This document shows, piece after piece, positions 56,650 to 64,000 of a stretch of 64,000 nucleotides of DNA. This DNA comes from the human T2T-CHM13v2.0 reference genome, Homo sapiens. A program made the translations under genes and the position numbers. The stretch is taken from assembly GCF_009914755.1 (NCBI RefSeq), contig NC_060925.1. One strand, written 5' to 3'. Below the pieces are notes generated by a model. That model was not told the origin of the DNA. It worked only from the letters and a program-made list of their open reading frames with translations, and did no database searches. The stretch's first letter is position 1. The number at the start of each line of letters is the position of its first letter.

Positions 56650-57665
56650 TTACAATTTGGCATGTTTTTGCAGTGGCTGGTACCAGTTGTTCCTTTCCAT
56701 GTTTAGTGCTTCCTTTAGGAGCTCTTGTAAGGCAGGCCTGCTGGTGACAAAATCTCTCAGCATTTGCTTGTCTGTAAAGGATTTTATTTCTCCTTCACTT
56801 AGGAAGCTTAGTTTGGCTGGATATGAAATTCTGGAATGAAAATTCTTTTCTTTAGGAATGTTGAATATTGGCCCCCACTCTCTTCTGGCTTGTAGAGTTT
56901 CTGCCCAGAGATCTGCTGTTAGTCTGATGGGCTTCCCTTTGTGAGTAACCCGACCTTTCTCTCTGGCTGCCCTTAACATTTTTTTCCTTGATTTCAACTT
57001 GGTGAATCTGACAATTAATTGTCTTGGGGTTGCTCTTCTCGAAGAGTATCTTTGTGGTGTTCTCTGTATTTCCTGAATTTGAATGTTGGCCTGCTTTGCT
57101 AGGTTCAGAAAGTTCTCCTGAATAATATCCTGAAGAGTGTTTTCCAACTTGGTTCCATTCTCCCCGTCACTTTCAGGTACACCAATCAAGCATAGATTTG
57201 GTCTTTTCACATAGTCCCATATTTCTTGGAGCCTTTGTTCATTTCTGTTTACTCTTTTTTTCTCTAAACTTCTCTTCTCACTTTATTTCATTAATTTGAT
57301 CTTCAATCACTGATACCCTTTCTTCCACTTGATCGAATTGGCTATTGAAGCTTGTGCATGTGTCATGTAGTTCTTGTGTCATGGTTTTCAGCTCCATCAG
57401 ATCATTTAAGGTCTTCTCTGCACTGTTTATTCTAGTTAGCCATTCATCTAATCTTTTTTCAAGGTTTTTAGCTTCCTTGCGATGGGTTCGAACATCCTCC
57501 TTTAGCTCAGAGAAGTTTGTTATTGCCGACCTTCTGAAGCCTACTTCTGTCAGCTCATCAAAGTCATTCTCCGTCCAGCTTTGTTCCATTGCTGGTGGGG
57601 AGCTGCGATCCTTTGGAGGAGAAGAGGTGCTCTGGTTTTTAGAATTTTTCAGCTTTTCTGCTCTG
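56650..57665 (-). pseudogene. L1 ORF1p, disrupted
   Basis: Fragments 57278-57589 and 56650-57210 (KRPNLCLIGVPESDGENG...RISYPAKLSF). Confidence 0.92.
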
Positions 57666-58738
57666 GTTTCTCCCCACCTTTGTTGTTTTATCTGCCTTTG
57701 GTGTTTGATGTTGGTGATCTACAGATGGGGTTTTGGTGTGGATGTCCTTTTTATTGATGTTGATGCTATTCCTTTCTGTTTACTAGTTTTCTTTCTAACA
57801 GTCAGGTCCTTTAGCTGCAGGTCTGTTGGAGTTTGCTGGAGGTCCACTCCAGACCCTGTTTGCCTGGGTATCACCAGCGGAGGCTGCGGAACAGCAAATA
57901 TTGCTGCCTGATCCTTCCTCTGGAAGCTTCATCCCAGAGGGGTACCTGCCTGTATGAGGTGTCAGTCAGCCCCTACTGGGAGGTGTCTACCAGTTAGGCT
58001 ACAAGGGGGCCAGGGACCCACTTGAGGAGGCAGTCTGACCATTCTCTGAGCTCAAACACCATGCTGGGGGAACTACTGCTCTCTTCAGAGCTGTCAGACA
58101 GGTATTTTTAAGTCTGCAGAAGTTTGTGCTCCCTTTTGTTCAGGTATGCCCTACCCCCAGAGGTAGAGTCTACAGAGGCAGTAGGCCTTGCGGAGCTGCA
58201 GTGGGCTCTGCCCAGTTCAAGCTTCCCCAGCCGCTTTGTTTACCTATTCAAGCCTCAGCAATGGTGGTTGCCCCTCCCGCTGCCAGGCTGCTGGCCAATC
58301 TTAGACTGCTGCACTAGCAGTGAGCAAGGCTCCATGGGTGTGGGACCTGCCAATTCAGGCACCAGATATAATCTTCAGGTGTGCCATTTGCTAAGACCAT
58401 TGGAAAAGTGCAGTATTTGGGTGGAAGTGTCCTGTTTTTCTAGGTACCATCTGTCACAACTTCCCTTGGCTAGGAAAGGGAAATCCCTTGACCCCTTGTG
58501 CTTCCCACGTGAGGCGACACCCCACCCTGCTTCGGCTCACCCTCCATGGGCTGCACCCACTGTCCAACCTGTCCCAGTGAGATAAGCCAGGCACCTCAGT
58601 TGGAAATGCAGAAATCACCCATCTTCTGCGTTGATCATGCTGGGAGCTGCGGACTGGAGCTGTTCCCATTTGGCCATCTTGTAATGGAATCCATTTGTTG
58701 TTGTTTTTGTTTGTTTCTTTATTTTTTGAATTAATTCT

Positions 58739-59035
58739 TTTTTTTTTTCTTTTTGGAAGTGTTGTTTTGCTCTTGTTACCCACTCTGGAGTGCAGTGGCA
58801 TGATTTCGGCTCACTGCAACCTCTGCCTCCCAGGTTCAAGCAATTCCTGCCTCAGCTTTCCGAGTAGCTGGAATTACAGGTGTACACCACCGCGCACAGC
58901 TAATTTTTGTACTTTTAGTAGAGACGGGGTTTCATCGTGTTGGCCAGGCTGGTCTTGAACTCCTGACCTCAGGTGATCCACCTGCCTCAGCCTCCCAAAG
59001 TGCTGGGATTAGAGGCGTAAGCCACTGTGCCCAGA
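58739..59035 (-). mobile_element. AluSq/Sp-like
   Basis: Full dimer; TSD tttttgaat(t/g)aattct. Confidence 0.92.
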
Positions 59036-59037
59036 CA

Positions 59038-59250
59038 TTTTTTGAATGAATTCTCTGGAGTCTGTTTCTCTCATAGTATAGTCTCTGCTGGCTGCTCAGC
59101 TGCTCTCTAAAAAATTGTTTAAAAAATTTTACATCTGGCTTTCATGGGTTCACCGCTGAGTTGGCATAGCTCAGTGGCCAGCCAATAATTCATCAGAAGT
59201 TTTGCTTAAACACCTTTGCCAGGGTCAAAAAGGCCTCTACCCTTTGAATC
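59038..59250 (-). mobile_element. Old L1M 5'-region continuation
   Basis: aattctctggagtctgtttctctcatagtatagtctctgc...tcagtggccagccaataattcatcagaagttttgcttaaacacc. Confidence 0.55.
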
Positions 59251-59272
59251 TCATCTTATGAGTTATGATGAG

Positions 59273-59697
59273 TGTATAAATCAGTGTTCAATCACAGAAA
59301 CAGAACCAGTAAGATATATCTATCTATCTCAATAAATATATTAAGAGATTTAATGCAAGCGATTGGCTTAAGTTATTGTAGGGGCAGGCTAGACAAGCCA
59401 AAACCTGAAGGACAGGCTATGATAAGAGAAGCCTGGAAATCTAGGGAATAAGCTAAAGCTTCTGTACATAGAAAGAGTTTCTTCTTCATCAGGGAAGCCC
59501 CAGTTCTGTTCTTACAGCCTTTCAACTGATTGAATCAGGCCCACTCAGAAGAGCTGGGATAATCTCCCTGATTCAAAGTCAACTGATTATGGACTTTAAT
59601 CATATGTATAAAATACCTTCCACAGCAACACCTAGATTTGTGTTTAATTGAATAACTGGGGAGTATAGGCTAGTCAAATAGGTAAAATAGAATCACA
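59273..59697 (-). mobile_element. MLT2D-like ERVL LTR
   Basis: cagaaacagaaccagtaaga...ctttcaactgattgaatcaggcccac...aaaataccttccacagcaacacctagatt. Confidence 0.88.
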
Positions 59698-59900
59698 GAG
59701 AGCCATTGAATGGTTTAAGCAAGGTAGTAATATGATAATGCTTGCTTTAGATAAATACACCCTCTGGTGGCTAGGTAGAGGAAGAAGGAGCTGGAGGTTC
59801 TTGTAATAGACAAATTAAAGAGATATTAATTGCCTGAATTAGCACTATAACACTGAGTTTGAAGAGGAGGGTTGAATTACCATAAATATTTTGAAAGTAA
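59698..59900 (-). mobile_element. L2 fragment
   Basis: gagagccattgaatggtttaagcaaggtagtaatatgat. Confidence 0.55.
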
Positions 59901-62900
59901 ATATTTATAAATGTATTTATATATAATTGTAGGTTCAGTTACACAGACAGTGTAGGGTTGGTATATAGAGTAAGAGTAATACTCTGTCTCACATTTTACA
60001 TTACATCCTGTCTACCGATCATCTATTAACCTCTTGGAGTTGCCATTTTCTTATCTGTACCTTTTTCCCTCAATAAATACGTTTTTTTCCAAGTTCTGAC
60101 AATAAGCCCCATGCTGAAAGCCCTGGTTATCTGAATTGCCTTCCATTTATCCTTGTATTTCCTGCACAAAACAAAGACCACAGGAAGTGAGTTAGAATAC
60201 TCTGGAAGATGAGCATATCTCATTTCCTTAGGAGTATATTGCAAAAACCTGTCTACAGAAAAGTAACACTTATGGACTGACTAAATGCATGCCCAAGCTT
60301 AGAGAAGCTGCAAGAACATGAGTAAGCAATCCAAGAGGCCCAGGTGGCCTAGAATGCATCAATTTGTATTTATCAGTAGGAGCTCTGCTCCTGGATGAAT
60401 GCAGGAGTTGAAGCTGACTCTGCTTCCCTGCCCGTGCTTCTAGAGCCTTTTGTGGGCTCCTGTGTTAGCAGTGCCAATGCCCCAGAGAAATCAATCACAA
60501 GACCTGAATTTGAGTCCTCCTGTTTCTTTATGTGGTCCTGGGAGGTGGCAACTCTAAACTTTGGGACAAAGGACAATCTCCAACTACCACTGACCTTGGA
60601 CTGCTAAGTTTCAAGGGCAAGATACATAGAAAATGAACCTGAACAAATGGTTTCTTTTCATTATCAGCTGTGATTTGAACCTAATTTCTCTGTAGAGCTC
60701 TTAGTCCCAATGAGCAGAACTGGGAAAATGTTAAGGACTCTCTTTGCACTTTTAGCTTAACGTCTAGGCTAGGAAATGCCTCAGAAGACAAATGAAGCCT
60801 CCCTTCCCCTGATCCCCTATGTTGTGGTACCCTTGTGGTGTCTACTTGACCTTCCCAGGACATGGATACCCCTTCCTTAGCCTCATGAGAGAAGAGATAT
60901 TTCCAAAGCCAAATGTAGAAGACAAAAAAGGGAAAGCTGAAGATCTAACATTCAGATTCCAGGGTTGTTTTTTTTTAAAATCATTTTCCTTATCACACTG
61001 AAATCTCTGCTCCAACCCTGAGCCTCTATCCTCCTTGGTCTTGATCCAAATCAGTACTTTAGTGCTCCACAGAGACGGAGTCGGGGCGATGGAGGGGGTA
61101 GTCTTGGCCTCTCTCTAGAGGCTGCCTTTCCCCCAAACCCTCTCTAACTGTAACTAAATCTGTTTGCTTGTATTAGTGGAGAAATTGAGTTTCAGAAATC
61201 ATTATGCAGTTCATGTGGGTGCTAACATTTAGGTAAGCTGCCTGACAGCAGAGCTATAACAAATCATTGCTTATTGCTATGCTGCTCTGTAGAGTCCTGA
61301 GAGAAAGAGTCTATAGGCTGCTGTGTGTCCTTGGGGCAGCCAGAGCCACAGCTTTTGCCTTTCAGTGGCTTTGTGCAGGTTGCTGTCAATTTTTTTAGAG
61401 GGACCCCTCTGTTCACCACCAAACCCAGCCCAACCCCCTTCTGTGAAGTCTTCACCGCCCCCATTGCTGCTCCCCCAGCAAAAGTATAATGAATCACCTC
61501 CCTCCTCTGCCATTGCTCTAATAGCACTCTTTTATTATTGTGCTTCAAGCATGATTGTTTTCATTCTTTACTGAGCTACTGTCTGCTTAACACTAGATAG
61601 GTTATTTAAGCCTTAAAAGAGATTCTCTCTGCCCTCACAAAAGTCCACAGTCTTTAGCATGACTCATCTGCCAGCCTCATCTTGTACCATGCCTCCCTCA
61701 CTCTCTGTTAACTTAACTTCAGGCAATGGGGAGCCAGGGAATGTTTCAAAGCAGAGGAGAAACCCAATCATGTTTGTGCTTTTTCCAGATGACTCTGGTG
61801 GTAATGGAGGATGCAATAGTTGGGAGGAAGACCGGAGTCTAAGTTACTGTAAAGTGGTTCTTATCATGTGAAAGATGATGAGGTTGGTTCCAGCACGGGG
61901 GCAGTCAGAATAGAGAATACATATACTTTGATTCTAATATGTTTAGTATTTTTCATGTAAAAAATGCCACTTAGATCTCTTAATCAGCAAAACAGGAAAG
62001 GAATTGCTGTGTATGGATGAAATGAGATAGGGGATGAACAGCACCTGGCATGAAGCCTGGCGCATAGTCGGTGCTCAGGAACTGCTTCTTGTCTGCTCCC
62101 TTCCACCTGCAGCAGGCACAGCTCTGGGCTCTCATCCTTCTTCTGGAGGAGAGAAGAAGGGAGAAAAGCGATGTGGCAGCAAACCAGGGCAGCGACCTCA
62201 TCAGTTACAGGTGAAAAAGATGGACCTAAATTGTTCGAGCAAATGAATGAATGGCCTTACTGCTCTTGCAGACCAGTGGTATATCTATTCATCCAAGATT
62301 CAGATTTTAACTAGGAACAGCAGGAGGATAAGTTTCTACAGTAAAGACAGTTGTTAGAATTCACAGAGCAGAGAAGCTCTTTAAGAGACAAGATTCCTGA
62401 TAGTCTTTTCACGAGGAAGAAGAATATTGATTACAAGAGAAGGTTCTACGTGTGTTAGGCCCTATGCCCTCTCCTGCCTCAGGAGAGGAGAGGATGCCCT
62501 GTGAGCATCAGTTCCATTTGGTGATCTTTTTCATTTCTCCCTGTTTCCTTCATTCATGGCTGCTTCAAGCCAGGACAAGGCAAAATAAAGAAATTCTGAC
62601 CTTCAGCAACTTCTTTATGCTCTCAGAATCTGCTTTTTCAATCTGTAGTTTAGAAATAATCATATTTGCCCCACAAAGTTTTTGTTAGAATTGAGGCAGA
62701 GGAAAAGAAGCTCTGCAACATTATATATCCACCTTAAATCCATGCATTGGCTACAGAGGTTCCTCCAAAAACACTGAACAGGTTGCTTAACTTAAAATAT
62801 AATTTTATATATATATATAAAATATATATATAAAAGGAAATTGCTAAATCAAAATGAAAAAAAAAAAAGAAAAGGGCTTCTCACTGCCCTTAAAAAAGTC

Positions 62901-63103
62901 AGCAGTCGACAGCATAACTCATCTGCCAGCCTCATCTTTTACCATGCCTCCCTGGCTGTCTGTGCTTTGGCTGTATTGGCCTTTGTCATTTGTGAGAGAT
63001 GCCATGCTCTTGCCAGCCTAGGCCTTTGCACATACTGTACCCATGCCTGGCACATTCTTGCCTCTCCTCTCCACCTGACCATCTCTTATCCCTCTTTTAG
63101 AAT

Positions 63104-63461
63104 TGATATGGTTTGGCTTTGTGTCCCCACCCAAATCTCATCTCAAATTGTAATCGCCGGTGTTGAGAGAGAGACCTAGTGGGAGGTGGTTGGATCATGG
63201 CGGCAGTTTCCCCCATGCTGTTATTGTGATAGTGAGTGGGTGAGTTCTCATGAGATCCGTTGGTTTTACAAGGGGCTCTTCCCCCTTCACTCTCTTTTGA
63301 CTGCTGCATGTAAGATATGCCTGCTTCCCCTTCTGCCATGATTGTAAGTTTCCTGAGGCCTCCCCAGCCATGCAGAACCGTGAGTCAGTTAAACCTCCTT
63401 TCTTTATAAATTACCCAGTCTCTGGCAGTTCTCTATAGCAGTGTGAAAATGGGCTAATACA
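63104..63461 (+). mobile_element. THE1D-like solo LTR
   Basis: tgatatggtttggctttgtgtcccc...gtgtgaaaatgggctaataca; TSD agaat/aggat. Confidence 0.92.
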
Positions 63462-63479
63462 AGGATCCAGGTTAAATTC

Positions 63480-64000
63480 ACTTCAGTCATTTAAATCACA
63501 AATATTTATTGAGTGCCTACTATGTGCCAGGCACTTTTCTAGACAATGGGGAAAGTAGCAAATAGGAAGGCAAAGTCCTATGAATCTCGTATTCTAGCAC
63601 TGGGGAGACAGAGGGAAAACAAGCAAGCAATGAAGGAACAAGATAATGCTTTAATGGTGATATTGAGAGGCAATACAAAGGTAATCAGATGGGTCAGGCC
63701 AGGCTCTCTGGAGGGTGGTGGTTGGGTGGGAGAGGGTGGTATACATTAGATTAGATCACTTCTTAGTGATATGAGCTGTGAGCTGAAAGATTAAAAAAGG
63801 ATACTCCCAAGAGAGGTAGCAGCAAATACAATGGCCTGAGGCAAAGATGAGCTTTGTACAGTCAAAGGGAAAAAAGGTCATGGTTCCTAGAACACTGTGA
63901 TGGAGTTAGAGAAGCATAAGATAAATCAAAGAGGTGGGTGGAGCAGAACATCTAGGGCCTTCTAGGCCATGGGTCAGGGCTCAGATATTAAGTCTAAATG
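63480..64000 (-). mobile_element. L2 3' end
   Basis: caaatatttattgagtgcctactatgtgccaggcac...gagctgtgagctgaaagat...ggcctgaggc. Confidence 0.82.

Larger units (their letters stand above)
52591..58692 (-). mobile_element. Full-length L1PA6/7-type LINE-1, inactive
   Basis: 5' UTR starting gattccattacaagatggcc, ORF1, ORF2 (MTGSNSHITILTLNVNGLN), 3' UTR, poly(A). Confidence 0.96.

Noticed and set aside
57345-58585. 188-aa and 153-aa plus-strand ORFs
   Set aside because: Antisense frames of L1 ORF1/5' UTR, common to L1PA copies; no evidence of a distinct gene.

Overview
Simian primate (human-like) non-coding genomic DNA, mostly interspersed repeats: Alu J/S, L1PA/L1MA/L1MB/L1ME, L2, MIR, MaLR LTRs (THE1/MST/MLT1), MLT2, ERV1 LTRs, and hAT and Tigger DNA transposons. 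No host protein-coding gene could be supported; the longer ORFs are decayed L1 ORF1/ORF2, ERV pol/env or hAT transposase remnants, or chance frames. Four structures stand out. (1) A full-length L1PA6/7-type element (minus) appears to carry a ~620-bp 3' transduction ending exactly at the poly(A) site of a co-mobilised MSTA LTR. (2) An ancient, heavily decayed 18S rRNA copy, plus ~165 bp of probable ITS1, sits inside an old L1 and was later split by MER2 and an L1MA. (3) A 233-bp TG...CA palindrome is built from two inverted ERV-LTR-like ends. (4) A class III-type provirus lacks RT (protease runs into the RNase H C-terminus) but keeps integrase and a gamma-type env TM. Repeat subfamily names come from recalled consensus features, and boundaries are approximate unless a TSD is quoted.
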